A stretch of 64,000 nucleotides of DNA from Antedon mediterranea (Eukaryota; Animalia; Echinodermata). Below are positions 38,830-52,118 of this stretch, in pieces. Position 1 is the first letter of the stretch. Every line of letters starts with the position of its first letter. Position numbers and translations under genes: made by a program. The DNA lies in the NCBI RefSeq assembly GCF_964355755.1, contig NC_092674.1:11222001-11286000 (forward strand). Direction: 5' to 3'. The notes beneath the pieces are model-generated. The model was not told the DNA's origin. It saw only the letters and a program-made list of their open reading frames with translations, and did no database searches.

Positions 38830-39080
38830 TTCTGGTGGTGGAACAAGTCTTCTCGGATAAGGATTATAAACCATAGGTCCAGTGTACACAGTTATAACCT
38901 GTGTGCACTTTAAAGAACCCAGTTCATTATTTGAGAAGAGTAGGAGCTTACCCCGGTGAACTGGTTCACAAAATAGCCCCTGTATCAGGTGGATTACCAC
39001 CTATCTGATAGGACAGTGATTAATTCACTATTGGTAATCCTTGGCCACATTGCCTAAAGACATAAAATAAAATAATAAAA
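38830..39080 (+). mobile_element. 5'-truncated Nin/Deu-domain SINE
   Basis: TCTTCTCGGATAAGGATTATAAACCATAGGTCC..TTAAAGAACCC..GAAGAGTAGGAGCTTACCCCGGTG; A-rich tail. Confidence 0.8.
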
Positions 39081-42000
39081 TCAAAACTGGCAAGTGCTGC
39101 CTGGGTGGACAGGAATGAAAGAAATACAACAAAAGGTGTATTATCAAGTAAACCTTGTGTTTATTGCATTTTAATTATATTCTTAACACAGGAAGATCAG
39201 GGGAGATAGGGGATGGGTGTATGAAACCTGCCTGGGCACCCGCAGAACTTTGCAATGCAAAATCTTAGTTAGTTAGGCCCTAGAAATACGGGATTCTCCA
39301 CTGTTTAAGTATCTAATATTATTAAATCAAAGTTACAGAAACCCATTAAATTATTGAAATATTTGTTTAGTGTTTAAAACAAATTAAATATAATATTACT
39401 ACAGTACAGAAATAAATAAGAATTTATTTCAAATATCTGAATAAAATATGATTTTGTTCAAAAATGAATTATTTGAAATAGTTCAAATTACTGACAAAAA
39501 ATATAACAAAGCTCACATTTTATAATTTTAATATTTTTTAAGCGCACAATTTTGATACTAGTTGTTAAACATGGGAGTATTACTATAAAAAACAAATCCA
39601 AATTTTAACCTATTTCTATTATTGTAACATGTAATGCAAAAATATTTGGCTCAGCGCTGTTTTATGCCATAAAATAAATAAATAGTTAGTCCCATTTTTA
39701 TAATAACAATGTTTTTACATTAAGGCTATGACAAAGTGCCCTAATGGGATCCAAAACATATGAGACTTTGAATTTGTTATTTTAGCCATTCTTATTCAAA
39801 TGAATAACAAAACTATTAATAAAAAAAAAAATACTATAATGTAAAAATCAATAATCATAATGGAATAATACCTAGGCTTGCCTAATGCATAAGAGTATGG
39901 TAGGTCTTATTAAAGAATATGTATACATGAGTGTTACACAGTGTTGTAGACTGCACAACAAGTTGTTTCTATACTGTCTGTCTATAGAGAGTACTAACTT
40001 GACATTAAGTTAGCATGTAGATATAAGTAACAGTACTAAGTCAACTAAATCAACATACAACACAATTTAATTGCAAAGAATATATCCACTTACATTTTTA
40101 CCGGGTTAAAATTTCTTAAGATCCATGTACAGATTTGAGCAGAGAAAGGGGGAGATTAAGAGGGCTTAAACAAGCGAAATCTACAGGCAGTGATGAGATG
40201 CTCCAGCCAGCAGCGTGTGTGTGTGTTTTCTGCAATGGCGAGACAGTGTACTGGCTTACTATTTCAACACACACGACCTTGAGTGTTCTTTGAACCTTGA
40301 CCTGTTCTAGTAATGCCCTTCATGGTAGTTCAATCAGTAGACAATGCTTGATGAAAGCTTAGCAAGCTCGCTTGCACATAATATCCAAAATTGTTGCTTT
40401 TGAATGGTATCAGTACGGTCCGTTGGTTGCCGTGGCAGCTGGGAAACCAGCCAATGGCTGTTAGTTTAACATCCGTGTTCAAGTATCTATATACAGTGAA
40501 GAGGTTTTTATCAAAGGTAATTCAAGCATTTTCAACCTACACTATCCGCAAACAGATGTTACAATATAAATATGAAACATAAAAAAATAAAACATGTGTG
40601 AATCCAACTTAAAGCCGACAAAGAAAAGACACAAGATGGTACAGGTACACCAGTCAGCTTAATTAATTTCATACTAACAAAACTTTCTTAATCATTTTCA
40701 TCAATTATCTTTACTAAACAAACAGGACATCATGTTTTTTCAAATAAAAAGTTATTTTAAATAAAAAAAAAACTTAAATGTATATTATTCGTAATGTCAA
40801 CAATCAATGGTACATTCTTTGTATGTATTTTAAAAATTATTTTTCCAAATAAATTCAAATCAAATAAAGATATTTAGAATAAAAATAAACAAATTATTAA
40901 TTATTTCTATTTATTTATGTTAAAATAGTGTAAAACAGTAACAATAACTGGAACTAGATTTTGAAGTGTACTAAAGTTAGTTTGCCGGGTGTATACTAAA
41001 ATTGGTTAATGGCATTGTATTGAACCAGTAACATTTGCTGGGGTCATGTTGTCGCATTAAGATCTAATTATATAGGATTAGTACCGTGATATCAGATATA
41101 ATCTAGCTTAATGAGATCTGATAAGCTTAGAAAGGATTTACTATAGGCCTACACATATTCAAAATATGATATTATGACACTGTTGAATTATAATAATTAT
41201 AGGCCTAATTGATAACAGTATTAGATAAATAGGAACTTAGATTTTATGATTGATATTTCAAACAAAAATTCAAATTATAGTATATTAAATATAAATTGGT
41301 AAATTTACTTTTTCCTGGAATGTAAAGATTAACCATAATTTATTATCGCATTTGGCCCATTATGGAAAAAAACCCCTTTTTATTATTATTTTACATTTTT
41401 AATTAGTTATTGTTTGATAGCATTAACAGCAAATTAAAACAAAAAACATGAAAACTTGAATTGTTTAAAAAAAAATTTACAATATAATTAATTTGTGCTA
41501 AAATATTTTCTATACAATTATATTATGTTGATATGGTTTAAATTAGGCATCATTAGTGTACACTATTTGCTATGCAATCTATTTGGGTGAGTAAAACTGT
41601 AAGGCATTTAGTGCCTAATGCTCCATGAAATTAAACTAAAAAAAATAGTTTATTTTTAATTCAAACAATTAAAATACAACAATATCATATCTGTGTGAAA
41701 GATTTCTGCTTTTGAAATATTTCACCTTCACCTGAATGAACATCATGTTTTAATATGTATGGCATATAAACAATACTGAACATTTAATTGTAAGCTATTT
41801 ATCAGGCATGAAAAGTAGGCCTCTTTTTAAAAATTTACAGTAAATATAAAAAAAAATGTTTGGAAATCTGGTAATACTAAGGTAGTGAAAAGTGTTCAGA
41901 AATGAATAAAAACAAACAAAATCATAATGTTTTATACTGTAAAATAGGTTTAAAAATCACCTGTATTCATGTTTTTTGATTATATGCTTGCATTGTACAA

Positions 42001-45000
42001 ACTAACAATATAAGAACACAAATGAATGCACTTAAAACATGTAAAATAAAAAAATAATTTACAGGTAAAAAACTACTCTAAAGTAATACTGTACTACAGT
42101 ACTAAAGTAGTCTGTGTGTAACTTTTAACTAATGTGGCCTCTTGGTGGCGCTATTTAAAAGTTAATTTCCACATGGAAGACTGCAGTATTAGTTTTAACA
42201 ATTAAACATTCTTCTAAACTTTACAGTGTGTAAACTTTAGGCAAATTACCTGGAAATTGATTAATGTAACCATAGATATTGACATATTACATAAACTTAC
42301 AGTTGGTTGACGGTGGCTCTATCATGTTAAAAGAAAGACATATTTGCATTAAAAGAATTCCTCCATGTTAATAGAAATAATAAAAGTAGGCCTAAGCAAT
42401 GGCATTATTGTTCTGACAATAAATGATTCTACATTGCATTGGACACAAGTGACTTCAAATTGAACTTAACGGTGATCCACGCTGTAGGCAGGGATAAATA
42501 ACATTATAATGAAGTAATTAACTACTCCATTTATATCTAACTTGTTTCAATTCCAGACAGACATCATTCCTATGCATTCACTAATGATATGTCATGTAAT
42601 GTCCATCACCTAACTGTATCATGACAATGCACACTTGTAAGTTTGAAATTTCACTAGCAAATAAACTACAAAACAGCTAAACCATTATGTTAATTCTGTT
42701 AAGTAAGTAAGAATGGTAAGGTTATGTTTGCAATCTTTGTTGTATGAGTATCACAATCTTATTTACAGTTTTCAAAAGTTGATTCTGTAACATCTTTATT
42801 TTCTAATAGTTTCTCCTGTTACCCACTCCCCAGACTGTTCCTGAAAGTTGCTTAGAGGTGTTCCTTGAGTAGGGTGACAGTGTTAACATATGATATATAT
42901 TAGTAATTAATTAATTTAATGATATTATATACTGTAATTAATATCTCGGGAAATTGTCAACTTAATAGGTTGTCATTTCCAAAGGTTCAACTGAAATTTA
43001 GTAATCTATCAGTTTAATATCGTAAAATTCTGAGTAAAATTTTGTGAATACCATATCTGGAATTTTTGTTTCCAATTTGAGAGGTAGCATTATCTGATAT
43101 CACTTCATAAGATTCTTTTTATATCAAAGCATTAGATATATTTTAAATTGCAGTTACAACCTACAACCAGCAAAGTAATTGATAAACATACCCTGTATAC
43201 AAGGAAATCGTTATTGCATAATCAGTGGAATATTAATATCAGACGTATGATTTATGACAAGAATATACTCGTCTGAATTAACAGCAGTAAGGTACAGTAG
43301 TATGATATTCATAAAGAAAAATAATAATCTTAATATGTCATGCTCTGCAGAATGTAATATTATCAACATTACTATAGTAAATTGTGGTACATGCAGTCTA
43401 CCTCTTTGGGATATCCCTATTGAGAGGATACCCATAGGGGGAATTTTTTTGTAAAAAAAACTAGGGGGAAGATATTATGTTTTAACACAACTGCCAAACC
43501 CCAATTCAGGGGACACCCTTTTTAATGGGACACGTTGTTGGGTGTCGAAGGTGTCCACCTAATAGATGTTCTACTGAAGATATTCTACTTCCAACCAGTA
43601 CTCTAACAAATGTGAGCTGAAAATAGACAGTATATATATATATATATGAAGACCTGCATCAATTAACTACTAATAAAATATTTAGTGTAATATACAATAG
43701 TAAACTAACTTACTTAAAAGGAAAAAAAGAAAAGGCTAATCTGTGTAATATTATAGTTCCAAAATAATTTGCTAGATCAGTTGTGAAATGCAATGTGAGA
43801 AAAGATTTTTTTAATGCATGGGCATAATATCCATCCCCAGTCAAAATGTAAAGCATAGCTTTAAATTTGGTAATAATAGTTTTGTGTTGTACTATTGTAT
43901 GACTACTATAAATTCTATTATGGACTATTATTATTGGAAATATAATGCAGCAGATTCAGTGTGCCTGAATTTTGGCCATCACCATTAAAAAATTTCAGGT
44001 AAAAACTAAACATCTTGATTGTTTCACTTACTACTGTACTGCAAAGAAGTTTTGTGAAATCTCCACTTCAGCTGCTGCTGCTTAATACCTTAACAAATTT
44101 TCAGTGTTTGCTATACCTTGCAATTTCTTTTAGTGTTTCTAAACAGTTGTACATTTCAAATTTAGTTTATTTTAATGATTATCATTTGTTATTTATCATT
44201 TTTGTTGGTCTTATTTTTAGTACTATTGTTATTTCTAATAAAGAAACATTTCTTAAACGCAAAAAAAATCCATTAAATCAAATATGATATCTTTGCATAT
44301 CTCTACCTCTGTCAGTCATATTTTCATCTATACATACAGAAAATACAATCTATATTGATAATAATAATTAGAAAGATCATTTCTTTTAGAAATTGATATC
44401 TAGTCGATAGCTAGAAGGTAACATGCAAATATCATTTCATTAGATAGTAATCTTATACTGGTTGGTCAGCCTATGTATGTCTGAAACAGACCAGCAGCCT
44501 GAAGATTTAAATGATACAACATATTAGTTTTCGTTTTAATAATTTCTGTGTACATTTTTATTATTATATTATACTTTGTTTACAGGTATGACTACAAAAA
44601 GTGTAGTCTGTAAGACTGACTAATCATTTTAATGAAATAGTAGATATTAAATGCAAAATAATGATTGCTCTATAACTAGACAAAATCATATTTATATATC
44701 AAATATTGTTTATTAACACTAATCTCTCTATCACTAAATTAAGAAAAGACATAAGAGTTTTTTTTATTCTAAATTTTGCACAGATGTGCCTAACTAAGAG
44801 TTATAGTAAAAGTTGTTACTCATATAGTCAAAATTATCAAATATTTTTTTTTTATCTCTATTACTAATCCCTATCTCTATCACTAATCCCTATTTCTTTC
44901 ACAGATGTAAAGAACGTAAAAGAGTTATTATTCAGTTCATGGAGAAATAAGTTATTTCTCCATGTTCAGTTGACAAAATATAATCTCGATCACTATTATT

Positions 45001-48000
45001 TAATCCCCAGATCGCTATCACTAATCTATATCACTAATCCTTTTTTCTAAATATGAATCCAAGAAAGACCAATACATTGAATGTTAAGAGCTATTATTGA
45101 ATAACTTTAAATTTTATATAAACAAGTTTGTTAACAAAAAAATGTAGTTGTAGGCCTATTGTGTAAATTTGTATCCTTTTATTTTGGAAGTCAATTTAAC
45201 AATTACAAAAACAAATGTAATGTTCAAGGTAGGGTAACTATTTTTGGAAGTATATTGCTAATATTTAAAAGGTTAATATATCTGCCATGTCTTGCAAAAA
45301 AGATTCAACCTAGGCATATCAAAATTGTGTACGTTAATGAATTTGTAATTTTTCTTTATATCATTCATTTAGGGCTAGCTAGCTCGCCACAAGGTCTTTT
45401 GATAATTAGAATTTTTGTTTTTCATCTGGCGTTACTTCCCACTTGGATGCAATGCAACCGCGAGTGAGTTGACCAATCACAAGCAACATCATGCTTACGT
45501 ATTTACGTTGCGTCCTAGTTTGAACCAAGCTTAATGTTGGAGAGGTTGATGTTAAACAAAATTAAACAGATTGTGTGCACAAATTGATGGTTTGCTGGAT
45601 AAATATTTATGTTTTTAAGTAGGAACACCTCAATATCGTACTTATGAAGATATGCAATAAGAAACTTCCTTTATTTTACAAAACAGCCCATATAACAAGG
45701 AACTAATAGTGTGAATTTGTATCTATACAACACATTTGAAGACTTACAAGGAAATACAAAGAAATTACTGGATTGTGTTGATAAAGTCGACAAGACCAAT
45801 TTATGTTTATTTTTCAAAGAAAAAACACAATAAACCATTGTCTCTTTGTCTCAATTGAATTGAATTTGAATCAGGAAGTTATTTTTTAAAGAAATAACAA
45901 ATTTTTCATATTTTTAAACTATTTCCTTCATATTACCAAAAAGCTATTAAAATGCAGAAAAACAACATCATTTACATACAATTTATTTCACTTTAGCAAA
46001 GTAGAACACAGTATAAAATTTACATATAAGCGCCAAAGCTACATTCAACATCTGCAGTTTAAGCAACCAGGATTTTTAAGCAATTTAACATTCACTTCTA
46101 ATTAAATACTTCCTCCAATTAATGACCACTATTTATGGGCTACAAGAATACACAATTAAATTGTAATTGATTGGTGGTCTTTAATGGGGAAGGTAGGGGT
46201 GGGGAAGTTATATCTTTCTCGGCATATCACTACGATCAATTGTTTTTTTTGCATAAAACTATGAAAATCTATAAATTTAAACAGAATATCGAAAGTGACT
46301 TAATGGTATTGTGGCTAGGTAGTTGACATGCTTAATGATCATGTTTTCAAGGGTCCTTGGTTCAAATCCAGATCCAGGACTTTTCTAATGGCCAATAAGG
46401 TGCCACTACCAGCACTAGCCAAATGAGACTTGGTTCATGGGTAGTTGTGGATGGATGTTGTAATAAAAAACTAATTTAAACATTGAATTCTGAATAAATT
46501 ATATTCCATGAAACCTGTTACTTACTTTATATCTTATTAGTGATATTCTACGATAGAATGTTCACTAGCTAGCTTTAATATAAAATAATTAGTGACAATA
46601 ATGGACAAAGAATTCATGCGTAATCAGGTCTGAATTTCTAATATTCAAGATTATATATTGTCTGTCTGATATTATGTGTTGATTATATGGATATTTCATT
46701 GTTGATCTAATTATCTGTTGACTAAGCCTGGCTAATGTCAACATAACATACACTTAATCGCTTGTCTAAATACATGCATCGTTCTATCATTTTTAATCTT
46801 TGGTTCAGTTTTTCAGTTTCTTAAAGCGAATATAGAAAAAATGTCTAGATGAAAATAAATTTTTTCTTGTCAAATGAGTTAATGATTATTTCTAATTATT
46901 TCTAGAATTTGCTTTATAGGAAAATCAGATTTGCATAATCAGCCTACACTTGTCTCTTTTTTGTTGTTCAATTACCAATAATTAATATAATAATATAATA
47001 TAACACTAAAAGTGCTCAAGGCGCCAATGTATCTTCCTCCCATGTTATTTCATTGCCATAAAGAAATCATGCAAAAAATTTAACCTTGTCTTTTGATTTG
47101 TTGATTCAGTATCTCCTGCCATGCATTATTTTCTTCAATTTCAATGTTTGAAGGCACTATTGCACTGCTATCCTTTTGTAAAAAAATGTTTATGCAATGC
47201 CTGAATATTGTGAGAAAAGAAACCGGCTATACTGTGCACGGTCTATAATCTACCAGAATCAGTGCGAAAAAATGTTTATACCACAGCCTAGTCTTTGACA
47301 TTTAAGATGAAAGCTGTTAACTTGAATAAAAGTTTTCTGTAGAATAATACAGGTGGTAAAACAAACTCGTAAAAGTATTCTTCCATTTAACTGATACAAA
47401 AATTAAATTTTTTTATATAACAAGATGTTTTCTTCTAGTTAAGTCTCTATGTATTTATCTTTACTATAACTTTACATTTTTTTTTTACCTTGATGGAATA
47501 ATGTAATGAATGATATTCTATACTATTAGTATTACAATATTTTGTCCTTGGATAAACTATCATGCATAAAAAATGAATGTATAAATACTTTTCAATTAGT
47601 TCAATCACGAGTGTATTTTTATCTCCATGGCTAAATATTGTGGAGTTTTCAATCATTAAAAGTATATTAACTGGGGAAAATATAACCTTTATCTGACCTG
47701 TACCTACATAAACTAACATAAAATTAACATTAACAACATTACTATTTGCCTGTGGTATTATTATCTGTTCCCATCGGCTATGTTCTATAAATTATCACAA
47801 TTCATCAAAGAAATTACCATTGAATTGAAATATCTCCAGATTTTATTGCGATATATTTATTTCAGTTGTGGTGGATGTACTATATAGGAATTATAAATTA
47901 AAACACCATTTATTACTAAAAAACTATACATTTTTTGTTTAATTCTATTTCTGTACCAACTGAAAATGCTATAGTATTGATAATGTTATGGATATTCTTG

Positions 48001-48634
48001 TTTTTGGGAACTGTCCACTGAAAAAAATTATGATTAAGAAAGATTAAGGAACTTGCAATTTGTGGAAAGTTGGGAGACCTTCTTCTAAGATATAAAATTG
48101 CTTTTATTTGTTTTTTAAAAATGAGAAAAACACATAAAAACCACTACAATACTGCACTATTACCATATTTAGTTCCAGGGTATGAAATATCGAATATACT
48201 CGGATTACATTAATAATGAACTTGCTTAAAAGTCAACTGTATACTTGTTAATATTCAAATTCAGCCAACTTTATTTCCACAATTGGAAAATATTTTGATT
48301 GTGGCAGACTCTCAAAGGCATATTTAGGCCTATACAAGGTATTTCTATTTTGTAATGTAGCCTAAAAAGATATCAACGTATAATAACATAATCATAGTGT
48401 TCATAATAAGTGTTTAAGCAAACATTGAACTGTCTAGCTTATACCTATTGAAGTAGTTCTCCAACCCCTTTGTTGGATGAAAAGTATTGTATCATTCTTA
48501 ACAGACAATAATTACTATTTTTATGAATATTATCAAAGGCTATTCATACCTGGATATTCCCATCAATGACTCAGTTCAAATAAAATGAAAGTCTATCTGA
48601 ATTGTTCATATTCAAACAAGTTAACGAACAATAG

Positions 48635-48926
48635 TAGTCACGTAGCCATAACATCGGCAGGGGTTCGAGGCTCACTCACTCCATGGCTCTGGTGGTAGAA
48701 CGAGTCTTCTCGGATAAGGACTATAAACCGTAGGTCCAGTGTACACAACTTGCTCGTGTGCACTTTAAAGAACCTAGTACATCTTTCGAGACGAGTAGGG
48801 GGTTACCCCGGTGTATTAGTACATCACAGCCACTGATCACCAACTGGGCCCTCTGGGAGACCAGTCTTTGACTGAAGAGGTTACCCAGTATAAATATATA
48901 TTTCAATCAATTCAATCAATCAATAG
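48635..48926 (+). mobile_element. Nin/Deu-domain tRNA-derived SINE
   Basis: B-box GGTTCGAGGC; core CTTCTCGGATAAGGACTATAAACCGTAGGTCC..TTAAAGAACCTAG..GAGTAGGGGGTTACCCCGGTGT resembles, from memory, the Deu/Nin domain of AmnSINE1/SINE3-type elements; (CAAT)n tail. Confidence 0.82.
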
Positions 48927-49939
48927 CACATACAGGTACCATTTGAATAAAGCCACTCTCCATTCAATATTAAAAAAAAAATAAACAAGCCGGATAAAAA
49001 CATAGATTATATAGATGGCCTATTCTGAATAAGCTTGAGGACGATAATAAATATCTTTATACATTACCACATTTTAGAGTAATGTTCATCTCATCAGATT
49101 TAAACTAAAATTAATGAAGTCTCAGTGGTAAAAACCCTAAAACTAAAGATGTCAAAAAGACAATAATAAGCTCTCACTGAAGAGATTTTTCCTTATTTTT
49201 ATTTAAAAGTTGAATGCTTCACCATACTACTAATTCAGAATGTCCTTAATACATGGTTTGTGATCGGCTAAAAATCTGAATCTAAATGAAATTAGGATAT
49301 AAATTAGCGCCTGAGTAAACATATTATACAAATGGAGGGCTCTTTCAAATTGTGGGCTAAAGAAAATTCTAATTGTTAAAAAATGTTATTTTATGAGAAA
49401 ATGGATTAAAAGATTTGAATTGTTCACTGTCAATCAAAAATATTTTTGTAGGGATAAGATTTTTTCGTGGTATATACTTCTACCCCAGTGGGGAGCTTGC
49501 CAATAGGAAATGATCAGGGAAAGATTATTCACAACTAAATACATTTCAGTCTAATTGACTGCAACAGACATATCAACATTTATTTAACTTTATCTGTAAA
49601 GTTAAGATTACTAGATAATACACATAAGATTAGTCTTTTAAGTAAAACAAACTGATTCCTTTTTCAAAGATCAGTTTTATCTTGGGTAAGTACTGTACTA
49701 TAATACTCAGTATACAAATTATGCATAAGATAAAGTCTACTAAACAGAATATCTATAGTTACAATCTTTTTGTTGTTCAGATTCCATTATTACGTACTGT
49801 AGTATTTTCATGGAGAAAAATTCTTCATATATTTTCTATACAGCCTGTCTTGTCTGATCAACGGGGGAGAGAGCAGTATAATTTAAAGCGACATCAGACT
49901 AGAATGTGCTTGAGGCATATGTGCAAGACAAGTTCGTAC

Positions 49940-50120
49940 CAGTGGCATAACGCAGAGGCATGAGGCCCTTGGTTTAGGAACCCAATGCTGGAGGCCTGGG
50001 CCGTTTTTTTTAGCCTTTTTTGACAAGTGCAATTTTTTTTCTGCATGCTGCTCAGGGTACCCTGTAAACTCCGGAACCCCTGGGTTTAGCCAGTGACCAC
50101 TCATAGCCGTTACGACATTG
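49940..50120. mobile_element. Old GC-rich hAT-like MITE (inverted relative at 55400-55557)
   Basis: Ends CAGTGGCATAACG / CGTTACGACATTG; GGTTTAGCCAGTGACCACTCATAGCCGTTA is the near reverse complement of TAACGGCTATGAGCGCTCACTGGCTAAACC at ~55430-55459. No clean TSD. Confidence 0.55.
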
Positions 50121-51739
50121 TCTGTTACTATATTTCTTCTATCGTTAGACACTTTACTGCTAAAACTACTCTCATTGATCTGTCCTTTGGAGGAAACTTA
50201 AAGCCATTACTCCTGTGTACATACTTTTCACATGTGCTTGATAAAGAACCTGAAACACTATTCTAAAAGAGCAGTGCTGATCATTGATCTCATATTTGGA
50301 CTGTATGGGAACACAGTTTGAAAAGGTCACCCAGAAAAAAAGAAAGGAAAAAAGGAATGCCTTGCCACAGATTTATGTTTATTATAACATAGTTATTATT
50401 ATGTTACTTATATACATTTTTACAGTGTTCTCTGGAAGGAAGCAATTTTTTCCACCAAGATCTGCCAGAATAAATTAGAAACTCATGTCAAAAAACGAGA
50501 GGTAGACTGCGCCTAACCATTTAATCTAATTAAAGTAGAGTAAGTCATGGCTAGACGTGTTGTATCTAATAGACTAATTCAAGTACAATACTCTTTACCT
50601 TTTAAAGTTATCAAGAATTACACACATTATAATATCATTCATTTCTGATTAATTACTGATGAAAACATGTTTATTTTTAACAATTGTTAAACATTTATGT
50701 TTCAATCTTTAACAATGATTAAACTACAATTATTAAACATCTATTTTAGTATTGTAATAATACAAAAGATTATAGATAATCTTAATATAATAATCATACA
50801 GTGTAATTATAAGCTATTGGCAATTCATATGCTTTCTATTACCTATTGGACTTTCCATTGACTTTCTACTAACACTAGAATTCCATAAACTCTCAGACAT
50901 TATGCAATCATAGAGATATTATATTGAACTATAATATCTCTATGGTGCAATACACAGGCCTCAGTCTATAGTCTTAAAAATTTACAATGATGACTATACT
51001 GTTGTTTTTGAGTGAATTTTTACACTATTGAGGATTTTCCCACCTTTTTATACCAACCATGTATTTTTGGTAGATTAAAAGTCAAGTACATTAACAAAGG
51101 GGAAGGGAGGATATATTCTAAAGGAAAATAACTTTTTTTTTTGAAAAAAATAAATAATTTTAATTGTAGTTGTAAAAGTATGTTGTTGTTGTTAACCTAA
51201 ATCATTCTATTATTCCTTTAACAACAGGCCTAGAGTTGATTGCTCCACTCATACATTACTTAACAACTTTTGATTCATTTTAAACATTTCTACACATCCT
51301 ACTAAAAGTTTTTTTTATCTGAAAATGTATAATAATACTAATTGCAACAACAAAAAACGTGGCTAGTTTAGGTCATTCTCGAATATAATCCCACCCCATC
51401 ATTTAGGCTAATATTAAACCCCACTCTTCCTAATTTGTCCCCAAATACATATCCAGAACACCTAGGACCATACTCAGTCATCACACTATTTGTTTTTTTC
51501 TACTAAAACTTGTAGCCATGTTCATTTTGTATTGTATGCATGAGAATCTTATGAAACCACAATTTAACTATTGATTGATAAAGGTTTAAATAAAACATTA
51601 AACCATGTGGGAGGTACTAAAGTGTTTACTTAAAAATATTAGCTTGATAATCCTGTTTTTTATTTAAAGAAATTTATGATGCTGAAATAAAATTTGTAGC
51701 ATAGTCAGTCTCTGCAGGTTTAAAATATCCTTCTGGATA

Positions 51740-52118
51740 GGTGTCTCGAAAACAGAGACCCCCATTAAAACTTCTCAGTATTACGTTATAATGGGTCTCT
51801 GTTTTCTTTATTATAATAGGGGTAATATTGAGAAGTTGTGAAAAACAGTGGAAGGTTTGAGAGATCCTCTATTATAATGTAATATAATATTAAGAAGTTT
51901 TAATGAGGGGTCTCTGTTTAATAGAAATCTCGAAAACAGAGACCCCTATTATAATGTAATATTGAGAAGTTTTAATAAGTGTCTCTTTTTTCGAGAAATC
52001 TCGAAAACAGAGACCCCTATCACAACGTAATATTGAGTAGTTTTAGTAGGGGTTTCTGTTTTCGAAAAATCTAAAAAACAAAAGACCCTGGGTCTCGGGT
52101 CTCTGTTTTCGAAACACC
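51740..52118. mobile_element. Foldback/MULE-like MITE
   Basis: TIRs GGTGT(C/T)TCGAAAACAGAGACC; exact 11-bp flanking direct repeat CCTTCTGGATA (51729-39, 52119-29); interior made of alternating-orientation GAGACCCC..ATTGAGAAGTTTT modules. Confidence 0.88.

Noticed and set aside
50425-50500. Possible plus-strand exon (TTTTACAG ... GAG|GTAGAC)
   Set aside because: Weak donor, unrecognisable peptide; such matches are expected by chance in 64 kb.
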